A stretch of 64,000 nt of DNA. It comes from Ophelia neglecta. Lineage: Eukaryota. Location: contig OZ260662.1 in the NCBI GenBank assembly GCA_965285935.1, positions 77,128,001 through 77,192,000 on the forward strand, given 5' to 3'. Both the position numbers and the translations under genes were made by a program. Below, piece after piece: positions 53,253 to 64,000 of this stretch (the first letter of the stretch is position 1; each line of letters begins with the position of its first letter). The notes below the pieces were generated by a model, which had not been told where the DNA came from, searched no databases, and saw only the letters and a list, made by a program, of their open reading frames with translations.

Positions 53253-54850
53253 TGATACTCATACAATCAATGCTAGCAACATTGAGAAACCAATTGATTC
53301 TAAATTAACTCTTGTCTATTATCATTCTTCTGTAAATGATAATCCTTAAAATTTGAAACATGACATTAATGATCACTGGAAAACAGGTTTCCAAATGTAG
53401 ATAGATGATAGATAACCCCTTTACCAGCATTTAATGTAATACAATACAACTATCACCATGTGTCCAAATTAAAGGCTAAGCAATTTTTTTCATAACCATT
53501 GTTCTCAGGCTTAATTTACATTTCTTTGCAACTCAAATCAATAATTTCCAGATCCTGTGATTGGGGTGGAATGCCAAAGTGGCAACAACTATCATATGAC
53601 AGTTTCTTGACAACATAACCCATTCAATATATTACGTTTAATTGTTATTCACAACTTTTCACACCTTCCTGGTCTTTGATGTGATTCAATGCCTTAAATA
53701 AATCATCAGATGTGAAAAAAAAAACCATGATGTATATATCACACCCTTCTTGTGACTGTTAGTAATCCATGGAAATTCCAATACAATTGTTCTCAGGATA
53801 TAAACATTATGTCCTAATCAAAGATGTGGCTGAACTTCAGAACTGCCTTTGATGTTAAAAGTGTGATTTATGACTATTTATTTGTAAATATCAAATAATA
53901 ATAATCAAATGTCCTGTTCCTTTATTTTCTAAGTCCATTCTTAAATGCATTTGGTTATGTTTGGGTTTGAGTTGTATTGTGGTTGAACGGTTTAGGCATT
54001 TCATCTGGCATAATATCACTCAATGGGCCTTTCTTGGGGAGAGCTGGTCAGCTACTCTAGAGTGGATGGTCACCTCAGTACTAAGGGGATAGTGGCCATC
54101 ATTCTCTGTTCTGGGGGCTAATTTTATAACTATACTCTTAAAAGTTTGTACATATGAGAGTTCCCTTTTTAGTAGGACGTCACATCTTTGAATACCTGCA
54201 GCTTGCTGGCAGTTAACAATGCCAACTACCAAGGATAATCACTTGAAATGACAACTAGTATATATAGTAGCTGAGTTGCTTATGGATAAGTTGGTGAAAC
54301 TCATGGCAAGGGTTTCCCAGTTAGCCATGGTGTTTGGCTTGGCAGACTCAGTAAAATAGAATATTTTCTCTTTAATATTATTTAAAAGGCAAAATAAAGA
54401 AATGAAATGTGGAAAATGAATATACTATTACAGCGAGTAGTCCAGTACTTGAAATCTACTCAACGAGCCCATTGCCAACATGCTCAGCAGATTCTCCTTG
54501 GTTAGACTATTCAACTATTCACACTCAGTTGCTTCAATCTGAAACTTTTACCACAGAATATAGAGTCTTGTGGCTTCCTTCAATCAATTGTGCCTTCTTG
54601 AAGTCCTTTGATGTAAACAAACCACAATGTTTGTGGCTCTATTATGTTTGAAGTTAAGTTGCCACAAACATTGCTTACTGCTAATTGGTATCCATCAGAA
54701 AGGTGTAAAAGTGCTGCTCTTTCCTGATTGGTTGGTTAATAATCAGAGGCATCAGACAGACCTTTCTTGGTGAGCTGGTTTTGAGAGGTAGGGCAAACAC
54801 ATTTTGGCTTCCCAACTTGTCACACTCCTGTTACCAGATCTCTACTCATC

Positions 54851-55273
54851 ATGAGCATGCCTGCTGACAACCCTTGGGACACAGTGTCCGTCTTCCTGGA
54901 TGAGCTGTCTGATGTGTACAACAGTCTGCAGACAGAGAGGCTGAGTCCCAAGTCTCAGCTCTCAGCTCAGTATATACTGAACACCACTCGACAAGCTGGA
55001 ACCATTGTCAAAAAGATCCAGAGGCTTTTCAGCCTTGTGCGTCTGCTATACCAGAAGTGTCGTCATCTCAACAAGCAACTGGAAGATGTGATATTTAACG
55101 GTGAACTCAAGCACTACTACCCTGTGTGGAACAAGCTTCAGGTGTACGAGAGTGAACGCTGCGTGCACTCCTCCTCCCTTCTCAAATTGGCTGGCCAAGT
55201 AGACAGATTGATGGAGAAGATCACCACCTCCCACCAGACCTTCCTCTCCCAGTATCCCCGGCTGTTTGGCTGA
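54851..55273 (+). CDS. Uncharacterised 140-aa protein, array 2 copy B
   Basis: Intact 423-bp ORF. Confidence 0.75.
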   Translation: MSMPADNPWDTVSVFLDELSDVYNSLQTERLSPKSQLSAQYILNTTRQAGTIVKKIQRLFSLVRLLYQKCRHLNKQLEDVIFNGELKHYYPVWNKLQVYESERCVHSSSLLKLAGQVDRLMEKITTSHQTFLSQYPRLFG

Positions 55274-55319
55274 GACCCCTGGCAGTCTCACATCCATGTC
55301 TTATGGGTGTACATTCACT

Positions 55320-55354
55320 GGTCCTCTTCAGGACCATCACATCCTCCAAGAGAG
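55320..55354 (+). terminator. Histone-type 3' stem-loop plus downstream element (copy B)
   Basis: Identical to copy A. Confidence 0.75.
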
Positions 55355-56927
55355 TGATACTCATACAATCAATGCTAGCAACATTGAGAAACCAATTGAT
55401 TCTAAATTAACTCTTGTCTATTATCATTCTTCTGTAAATGATAATCCTTAAAATATGAAACATGACATTAATGATCACTGGAAAATAGGTTTCCAAATGT
55501 AGATAGATGATAGATAACCCCTTATCAGCATTTAATGTAATACAATACAACTATCACCATGTGTCCAAATTAAAGGCTAAGCAATTTTTTTCATAAACAT
55601 TGTTCTCAGGCTTAATTTACATTTCTTTGCAACTCAAATCAATAATTTCCAGATCCTGTGATTGGGATGGAATGCCAAAGTGGCAACAACTATCATATGA
55701 CAGTTTCTTGACAACATAACCCATTCAATATATTATGTTTAATTGTTATTCACAACTTGGTCTTTGATGTGATTCAATGCCTTAAATAAATCATCAGATG
55801 TGAAAAAAACCATGATGTATATATCACACCCTTCTTGTGACTGTTAGTAATCTATGGAAATTCCAATACAATTGTTCTCAGGATATAAACATTATGCCCT
55901 AATCAAAGATGTGGCTGAACTTCCGAACTGCCTTTGAGGTTAAAAGTGTGATTTATGACTATTTCTTTGTAAATATCAAATAATAATAATCAAATATCCT
56001 GTTCCTTTATTTTCTAAGTCCATTTTTAAATGCATTCAGTTATGTTTGGGTTTGAGTTCGATTGTGGTTGAACGGTTTAGGCATTTCATCTGGCATAATA
56101 TCACTCAATGGGCCTTTCTAGTTGAGAGCTGGTCAGCTACTCTAAGAGTGGATGGTCACCTCAGTACTAAGGGGATAGTGGCCATCATTCTCTGTTCTGG
56201 GGGCTAATTTTATCACTGTTTTTAAAAAGTTTGTATATTTGAGAGTTCCCTTTTTAGTAGGACGTCACATCTTTGAATACCTGCAGCTTCCTTGCAGTTA
56301 ACAATGCCAACTACCAAGGATAATCACTTGAGATGATTACTAGTATATATAGTAGCTGAGTTGCTTACAGATAAGTTGGCAAAACTCATCACAAGGGTTT
56401 CCCAATTAGCCATGTTGTTAGGCTTGGCTGACTCAGTAGAAGAGAGTATTCTCTGTTTAATATTATTTAAAAGGCAAAATAAAGAAATGAAATGTGGAAA
56501 ATGACCATTTCATTACAGCGAGTAGTCCAGTACTTGAAATCTACCCAACGAGTCCATTGCCATCATGTTCAGCAGATTCTCCTTGGTTAGACTATTCACA
56601 CTCAGTTGCTTCAATTTGAAACTCTTCCCACAGAATAAAGAGTCTTGTGGCTTCCTTCAATCAATTGTGCCTTCTTGAAGTCCTTTGATGTAAACAAACC
56701 ACAATGTTTGTGGCTCTATTATGTTTGAAGTTAAGTTGCCACAAACATTGCTTACTGCTAATTGGTATCCATCAGAAAGGTGTAAAAGTGCTGCTCTTTC
56801 CTGATTGGTTGGTTAATAATCAGAGGCATCAGACAGACCTTTCTTGGTGAGCTGGTTTTGAGAGGTAGGGCAAACACATTTTGGCTTCCCAACTTGTCAC
56901 ACTCCTGTTACCAGATCTCTACTCATC

Positions 56928-57350
56928 ATGAGCATGCCTGCTGACAACCCTTGGGACACAGTGTCCATCTTCCTGGATGAGCTGTCTGATGTGTACAACA
57001 GTCTGCAGACAGAGAGGCTGAGTCCCAAGTCTCAGCTCTCAGCTCAGTATATACTGAACACCACTCGACAAGCTGGAACCATTGTCAAAAAGATCCAGAG
57101 GCTTTTCAGCCTTGTGCGTCTGCTATACCAGAAGTGTCGTCATCTCAACAAGCAACTGGAAGATGTGATATTTAACGGTGAACTCAAGCACTACTACCCT
57201 GTGTGGAACAAGCTTCAGGTGTACGAGAGTGAACGCTGCGTGCACTCCTCCTCCCTTCTCAAATTGGCTGGCCAAGTAGACAGATTGATGGAGAAGATCA
57301 CCACCTCCCACCAGACCTTCCTCTCCCAGTATCCCCGGCTGTTTGGCTGA
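56928..57350 (+). CDS. Uncharacterised 140-aa protein, array 2 copy C
   Basis: Intact 423-bp ORF. Confidence 0.75.
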   Translation: MSMPADNPWDTVSIFLDELSDVYNSLQTERLSPKSQLSAQYILNTTRQAGTIVKKIQRLFSLVRLLYQKCRHLNKQLEDVIFNGELKHYYPVWNKLQVYESERCVHSSSLLKLAGQVDRLMEKITTSHQTFLSQYPRLFG

Positions 57351-57396
57351 GACCCCTGGCAGTCTCACATCCATGTCTTATGGGTGTACATTCACT

Positions 57397-57431
57397 GGTC
57401 CTCTTCAGGACCATCACATCCTCCAAGAGAG
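57397..57431 (+). terminator. Histone-type 3' stem-loop plus downstream element (copy C)
   Basis: Identical to copy A. Confidence 0.75.
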
Positions 57432-59004
57432 TGATACTCATACAATCAATGCTAGCAACATTGAGAAACCAATTGATTCTAAATTAACTCTTGTCTATTA
57501 TCATTCTTCTGTAAATGATAATCCTTAAAATATGAAACATGACATTAATGATCACTGGAAAATAGGTTTCCAAATGTAGATAGATGATAGATAACCCCTT
57601 ATCAGCATTTAATGTAATACAATACAACTATCACCATGTGTCCAAATTAAAGGCTAAGCAATTTTTTTCATAAACATTGTTCTCAGGCTTAATTTACATT
57701 TCTTTGCAACTCAAATCAATAATTTCCAGATCCTGTGATTGGGATGGAATGCCAAAGTGGCAACAACTATCATATGACAGTTTCTTGACAACATAACCCA
57801 TTCAATATATTATGTTTAATTGTTATTCACAACTTGGTCTTTGATGTGATTCAATGCCTTAAATAAATCATCAGATGTGAAAAAAACCATGATGTATATA
57901 TCACACCCTTCTTGTGACTGTTAGTAATCTATGGAAATTCCAATACAATTGTTCTCAGGATATAAACATTATGCCCTAATCAAAGATGTGGCTGAACTTC
58001 CGAACTGCCTTTGAGGTTAAAAGTGTGATTTATGACTATTTCTTTGTAAATATCAAATAATAATAATCAAATATCCTGTTCCTTTATTTTCTAAGTCCAT
58101 TTTTAAATGCATTCAGTTATGTTTGGGTTTGAGTTCGATTGTGGTTGAACGGTTTAGGCATTTCATCTGGCATAATATCACTCAATGGGCCTTTCTAGTT
58201 GAGAGCTGGTCAGCTACTCTAAGAGTGGATGGTCACCTCAGTACTAAGGGGATAGTGGCCATCATTCTCTGTTCTGGGGGCTAATTTTATCACTGTTTTT
58301 AAAAAGTTTGTATATTTGAGAGTTCCCTTTTTAGTAGGACGTCACATCTTTGAATACCTGCAGCTTCCTTGCAGTTAACAATGCCAACTACCAAGGATAA
58401 TCACTTGAGATGATTACTAGTATATATAGTAGCTGAGTTGCTTACAGATAAGTTGGCAAAACTCATCACAAGGGTTTCCCAATTAGCCATGTTGTTAGGC
58501 TTGGCTAACTCAGTAGAAGAGAGTATTCTCTGTTTAATATTATTTAAAAGGCAAAATAAAGAAATGAAATGTGGAAAATGACCATTTCATTACAGCGAGT
58601 AGTCCAGTACTTGAAATCTACCCAACGAGTCCATTGCCATCATGTTCAGCAGATTCTCCTTGGTTAGACTATTCACACTCAGTTGCTTCAATTTGAAACT
58701 CTTCCCACAGAATATAGAGTCTTGTGGCTTCCTTCAATCAATTGTGCCTTCTTGAAGTCCTTTGATGTAAACAAACCACAATGTTTGTGGCTCTATTATG
58801 TTTGAAGTTAAGTTGCCACAAACATTGCTTACTGCTAATTGGTATCCATCAGAAAGGTGTAAAAGTGCTGCTCTTTCCTGATTGGTTGGTTAATAATCAG
58901 AGGCATCAGACAGACCTTTCTTGGTGAGCTGGTTTTGAGAGGTAGGGCAAACACATTTTGGCTTCCCAACTTGTCACACTCCTGTTACCAGATCTCTACT
59001 CATC

Positions 59005-59427
59005 ATGAGCATGCCTGCTGACAACCCTTGGGACACAGTGTCCGTCTTCCTGGATGAGCTGTCTGATGTGTACAACAGTCTGCAGACAGAGAGGCTGAGT
59101 CCCAAGTCTCAGCTCTCAGCTCAGTATATACTGAACACCACTCGACAAGCTGGAACCATTGTCAAAAAGATCCAGAGGCTTTTCAGCCTTGTGCGTCTGC
59201 TATACCAGAAGTGTCGTCATCTCAACAAGCAACTGGAAGATGTGATATTTAACGGTGAACTCAAGCACTACTACCCTGTGTGGAACAAGCTTCAGGTGTA
59301 CGAGAGTGAACGCTGCGTGCACTCCTCCTCCCTTCTCAAATTGGCTGGCCAAGTAGACAGATTGATGGAGAAGATCACCACCTCCCACCAGACCTTCCTC
59401 TCCCAGTATCCCCGGCTGTTTGGCTGA
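59005..59427 (+). CDS. Uncharacterised 140-aa protein, array 2 copy D
   Basis: Intact 423-bp ORF. Confidence 0.75.
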   Translation: MSMPADNPWDTVSVFLDELSDVYNSLQTERLSPKSQLSAQYILNTTRQAGTIVKKIQRLFSLVRLLYQKCRHLNKQLEDVIFNGELKHYYPVWNKLQVYESERCVHSSSLLKLAGQVDRLMEKITTSHQTFLSQYPRLFG

Positions 59428-59473
59428 GACCCCTGGCAGTCTCACATCCATGTCTTATGGGTGTACATTCACT

Positions 59474-59508
59474 GGTCCTCTTCAGGACCATCACATCCTC
59501 CAAGAGAG
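59474..59508 (+). terminator. Histone-type 3' stem-loop plus downstream element (copy D)
   Basis: Identical to copy A. Confidence 0.75.
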
Positions 59509-61082
59509 TGATACTCATACAATCAATGCTAGCAACATTGAGAAACCAATTGATTCTAAATTAACTCTTGTCTATTATCATTCTTCTGTAAATGATAATC
59601 CTTAAAATATGAAACATGACATTAATGATCACTGGAAAACAGGTTTCCAAATGTAGATAGATGATAGATAACCCCTTTACCAGCATTTAATGTAATACAA
59701 TACAACTATCACCATGTGTCCAAATTAAAGGCTAAGCAATTTTTTTCATAAACATTGTTCTCAGGCTTAATTTACATTTCTTTGCAACTCAAATCAATAA
59801 TTTCCAGATCCTGTGATTGGGATGGAATGCCAAAGTGGCAACAACTATCATATGACAGTTTCTTGACAACATAACCCATTCAATATATTATGTTTAATTG
59901 TTATTCACAACTTGGTCTTTGATGTGATTCAATGCCTTAAATAAATCATCAGATGTGAAAAAAACCATGATGTATATATCACACCCTTCTTGTGACTGTT
60001 AGTAATCCATGGAAATTCCAATACAATTGTTCTCAGGATATAAACATTATGTCCTAATCAAAGATGTGGCTGAACTTCAAAACTGCCTTTGATGTTAAAA
60101 GTGTGATTTATGACTATTTATTTGTAAATATCAAATAATAATAATCAAATGTCCTGTTCCTTTATTTTCTAAGTCCATTCTTAAATGCATTTGGTTATGT
60201 TTGGGTTTGAGTTGTATTGTGGTTGAACGGTTTAGGCATTTCATCTGGCATAATATCACTCAATGGGCCTTTCTTGGGGAGAGCTGGTCAGCTACTCTAG
60301 AGTGGATGGTCACCTCAGTACTAAGGGGATAGTGGCCATCATTCTCTGTTCTGGGGGCTTATTTTATAACTATACTCTTAAAAGTTTGTACATATGAGAG
60401 TTCCCTTTTTAGTAGGAAGGTACAGCTTTGAATACCTGCAGCTTGCTGGCAGTTAACAATGCCAACTACCAAGGATAATCACTTGAAATGACAACTAGTA
60501 TATATAGTAGCTGAGTTGCTTATGGATAAGTTGGTGAAACTCATGGCAAGGGTTTCCCAGTTAGCCATGGTGTTTGGCTTGGCAGACTCAGTAAAATAGA
60601 ATATTTTCTCTTTAATATTATTTAAAAGGCAAAATAAAGAAATGAAATGTGGAAAATGAATATACTATTACAGCGAGTAGTCCAGTACTTGAAATCTACT
60701 CAACGAGCCCATTGCCAACATGCTCAGCAGATTCTCCTTGGTTAGACTATTCAACTATTCACACTCAGTTGCTTCGATCTGAAACTTTTACCACAGAATA
60801 TAGAGTCTTGTGGCTTCCTTCAATCAATTGTGCCTTCTTGAAGTCCTTTGATGTAAACAAACCACAATGTTTGTGGCTCTATTATGTTTGAAGTTAAGTT
60901 GCCACAAACATTGCTTACTGCTAATTGGTATCCATCAGAAAGGTGTAAAAGTGCTGCTCTTTCCTGATTGGTTGGTTAATAATCAGAGGCATCAGTCAGA
61001 AGTGAGCTGGTTTTGAGAGGTAGGGCAAACACATTTTGGCTTACCAACTTGTCACAATCCTGTTACCAGATCTCTACTCATC

Positions 61083-61505
61083 ATGAGCATGCCTGCTGAC
61101 AACCCTTGGGACACAGTGTCCGTCTTCCTGGATGAGCTGTCTGATGTGTACAACAGTCTGCAGACAGAGAGGCTGAGTCCCAAGTCTCAGCTCTCAGCTC
61201 AGTATATACTGAACACCACTCGACAAGCTGGAACCATTGTCAAAAAGATCCAGAGGCTTTTCAGCCTTGTGCGTCTGCTATACCAGAAGTGTCGTCATCT
61301 CAACAAGCAACTGGAAGATGTGATATTTAACGGTGAACTCAAGCACTACTACCCTGTGTGGAACAAGCTTCAGGTGTACGAGAGTGAACGCTGCGTGCAC
61401 TCCTCCTCCCTTCTCAAATTGGCTGGCCAAGTAGACAGATTGATGGAGAAGATCACCACCTCCCACCAGACCTTCCTCTCCCAGTATCCCCGGCTGTTTG
61501 GCTGA
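61083..61505 (+). CDS. Uncharacterised 140-aa protein, array 2 copy E
   Basis: Intact 423-bp ORF. Confidence 0.75.
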   Translation: MSMPADNPWDTVSVFLDELSDVYNSLQTERLSPKSQLSAQYILNTTRQAGTIVKKIQRLFSLVRLLYQKCRHLNKQLEDVIFNGELKHYYPVWNKLQVYESERCVHSSSLLKLAGQVDRLMEKITTSHQTFLSQYPRLFG

Positions 61506-61551
61506 GACCCCTGGCAGTCTCACATCCATGTCTTATGGGTGTACATTCACT

Positions 61552-61586
61552 GGTCCTCTTCAGGACCATCACATCCTCCAAGAGAG
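61552..61586 (+). terminator. Histone-type 3' stem-loop plus downstream element (copy E)
   Basis: Identical to copy A. Confidence 0.75.
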
Positions 61587-62019
61587 TGATACTCATACAA
61601 TCAATGCTAGCAACATTGAGAAACCAATTGATTCTAAATTAACTCTTGTCTATTATCATTCTTCTGTAAATGATAATCCTTAAAATATGAAACATGACAT
61701 TAATGATCACTGGAAAACAGGTTTCCAAATGTAGATAGATGATAGATAACCCCTTTACCAGCATTTAATGTAATACAATACAACTATCACCATGTGTCCA
61801 AATTAAAGGCTAAGCAATTTTTTTCATAAACATTGTTCTCAGGCTTAATTTACATTTCTTTGCAACTCAATAATTTCCAGATCCTGTGATTGGGATGGAA
61901 TGCCAAAGTGGCAACAACTATCATATGACAGTTTCTTGACAACATAACCCATTCAATATATTATGTTTAATTGTTATTCACAACTTTTCACACCTTCCTG
62001 GTCTTTGATGAGATTCAAT

Positions 62020-63045
62020 GCCTTAAATAAATCATCAGACGTGAAAAAAAACCATGATGTATATATCACACCCTTCTTGTGACTGTTAGTAATCCATGGA
62101 AATTCCAATACAATTGTTCTCAGGATATAAACATTATGTCCTAATCAAAGATGTGGCTGAACTTCAGAACTGCCTTTGATGTTAAAAGTGTGATTTATGA
62201 CTATTTATTTGTAAATGTGATTTATGACTATTTATTTGTAAATATCAAATAATAATAATCAAATGCCTGTTCCTTTATTTTCTAAGTACATTTTTAAATG
62301 CATTTAGTAATGTTTGGGTTTGAGTTCCATCGTAGTCGAATGTTTTAGGCCTTTCATCTGGCATTTTAATCACTCGCTGGGCCTTTCTTGTGGAGAGCTG
62401 GTCAGCTACTCCAGGGTGGACAGTCAACTCAGTTCTGATGGGATAGTGGCCATCATTATCTGTTCTAGGGGCTAATTTTATCACTTTGTTTTTACAAAGT
62501 TTGTATATTTGAGAGTTCCCTTTTTAGTAGGATGTCACATCTTTGAATACCTGCAGCTTCCTTGCAGTTAACAATGCCAACTACCAAGGATAATCACTTG
62601 AGATGAGTACTAGTATATATAGTAGCTGAGTTGCTTACAGATAAGTTCGTAAAACTCATCACAAGGGTTTCCCAATCTAGCCATGGTGTTAGGCTTGGCT
62701 GACTCAGCAGAAGAGAATATTCTCTGTTTAATATTATTTAAAAGGCAAAATAAAGAAATGAAATGTGGAAAATGACCATTTCATTACAGCGAGTAGTCCA
62801 GTACTTGAAATCTACCCAACAAGTCAATTGCCATCATGTTCAGCAGATTCTCCTTGGTTAGACTATTCACACTCAGTTGCTTCAATTTGAAATTTTCCCA
62901 CAGAATATAGAGTCTAGTGGCTTCCTTCAATCAGTTGTGCCTTCTCAGAGTCCTTTGATGTAAACAAACCACAATGTTTGTGGCTCTATTATCTGTTTGA
63001 AGTAAAGTTGCCACAAACATTGCTTACTGCTAATTGGTATCCATC
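62020..63045 (-). pseudogene. Decayed reading frame in the array spacer, head-to-head with the 140-aa ORF (best-preserved copy; homologous remnants in the other spacers)
   Basis: Successive protein-like fragments broken by stops and frameshifts: [17 protein letters not shown] / [27 protein letters not shown] / WVDFKYWTT / EYSLLLSQPSLTPWLDWETLVMSFTNL / VIKLAPRTDNDGHYPIRTELTVHPGVADQLSTRKAQRVIKMPDERPKTFDYDGTQTQTLLNAFK / [15 protein letters not shown]. Confidence 0.5.
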
Positions 63046-63199
63046 CAAAAGGTGTAAAAGTGCTGCTCTTTCCTGATTGGTTGGTTAATAATCAGAGGCA
63101 TCAGACAGACCTTTCTTCGTGAGCTGGTTACGAGAGGTAGGGCAAACACATTTTGGCTTCCCAACTTGTCACACTCCTGTTACCAGATCTCTACTCACC

Positions 63200-63622
63200 A
63201 TGAGCATGCCTGCTGACAACCCTTGGGACACAGTGTCCGTCTTCCTGGATGAGCTGTCTGATGTGTACAGCAGTCTGCAGACAGAGAGGCTGAGTCCCAA
63301 GTCTCAGCTCTCAGCTCAGTATATACTGAACACCACAAGACAAGCTGGAGCCATTGTCAAAAAGATCCAGAGGCTTTTCAGCCTTGTGCGTCTGCTATAC
63401 CAGAAGTGTCGTCATCTCAACAAGCAACTGGAAGATGTGATATTTAACGGTGAACTCAAGCACTACTACCCTGTGTGGAACAAGCTTCAGGTGTACGAGA
63501 GTGAACGCTGTGTGCACTCCTCCTCCCTCCTCAAGTTGGCTGGCCAAGTGGACAGATTGATGGAGAAGATCACCACCTCCCACCAGACCTTCCTCTCCCA
63601 GTATCCCCGGCTGTTTGGCTGA
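63200..63622 (+). CDS. Uncharacterised 140-aa protein, array 2 copy F
   Basis: Intact ORF from the ATG at 63200 (the track's 167-aa call uses an upstream GTG). Confidence 0.75.
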   Translation: MSMPADNPWDTVSVFLDELSDVYSSLQTERLSPKSQLSAQYILNTTRQAGAIVKKIQRLFSLVRLLYQKCRHLNKQLEDVIFNGELKHYYPVWNKLQVYESERCVHSSSLLKLAGQVDRLMEKITTSHQTFLSQYPRLFG

Positions 63623-63668
63623 GACTCCTGGCAGTCTTACACCCATGTCTACTGGGTGTACATTCACT

Positions 63669-63703
63669 GGTCCTCTTCAGGACCATCACATCCTCCAAGA
63701 GAG
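63669..63703 (+). terminator. Histone-type 3' stem-loop plus downstream element (copy F)
   Basis: Identical to copy A. Confidence 0.75.
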
Positions 63704-64000
63704 TATTACTCATACAATCAATGCTAGCAACATTGAGAAACCAACTGATTCTAAATTAACTCTGGTCTATTATCATTCTTCTGTAAATGATAATCCTTAA
63801 AATTTGAAACATGACATTAATGATCACTGGAAATCAGGTTTCCAAATGTAGATAGATGATAGATAACCCCTTTACCAGCATTTAATGGAATACAATACAA
63901 TAATCTCCATGTGTCCAAATTAAAGGCTAAGCAATTTTTTTCATTAACATAGTTCTCAGGCTTGATTTACATTTGGCAGCCTCACACCCTATCTCCCGGT

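Larger units (their letters stand above)
52272..64000 (+). repeat. Tandem array 2: six or more ~2.1-kb units carrying the 140-aa ORF, continuing beyond the window
   Basis: ORF periods 2102, 2077, 2077, 2078 and 2117 bp; homologous to array 1 in inverted orientation. Confidence 0.95.

Noticed and set aside
52944-53349. Recurrent overlapping ORFs (83 aa minus, 61 aa plus) and their array 1 equivalents
   Set aside because: Shadow frames that recur only because the unit is repeated; starts and lengths vary, and the 61-aa frame crosses the predicted 3' end.
63119-63199. 27-aa N-terminal extension of copy F
   Set aside because: It relies on a GTG start, and the upstream frame is closed in other copies.
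52272-64000. Arrays as autonomous transposons (LTR, LINE, Helitron or Maverick)
   Set aside because: No recognisable RT, integrase, Rep/helicase or polymerase motifs, TIRs, LTRs or poly(A) tails; a decayed mobile origin remains possible via the spacer fossil ORF.

Overview
AT-rich animal genomic DNA with spliceosomal introns, probably from a lophotrochozoan such as a mollusc (inferred from gene content and repeat types). There are four conventional genes, with exons traced by hand and splice phases checked: (1) ASPM/abnormal spindle on the minus strand (ATG 26916, running off the left edge inside the giant IQ exon); (2) a CTR2-like SLC31 copper transporter on the plus strand, head-to-head with ASPM; (3) GCLM on the plus strand; (4) an uncharacterised minus-strand gene with CUE/UBA-like helical domains and two alternative paralogous terminal exons encoding GP repeats. 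The standout feature is two tandem arrays of the same 423-bp, 140-aa non-histone ORF: 4 minus-strand copies inside a 10.2-kb ASPM intron, and 6 or more plus-strand copies at 52.3-64 kb. Every copy is followed 45-46 nt after its stop by a 16-nt histone-type stem-loop (GGTCCT-CTTC-AGG[A/G]CC), an ACCAC/ATCAC/CTCAC flank and a purine-rich downstream element (CAAGAGAG in 7 of 10 copies). This is the 3'-end architecture of replication-dependent histone genes, attached to a protein with no histone features. The array spacers contain a decayed opposite-strand reading frame.
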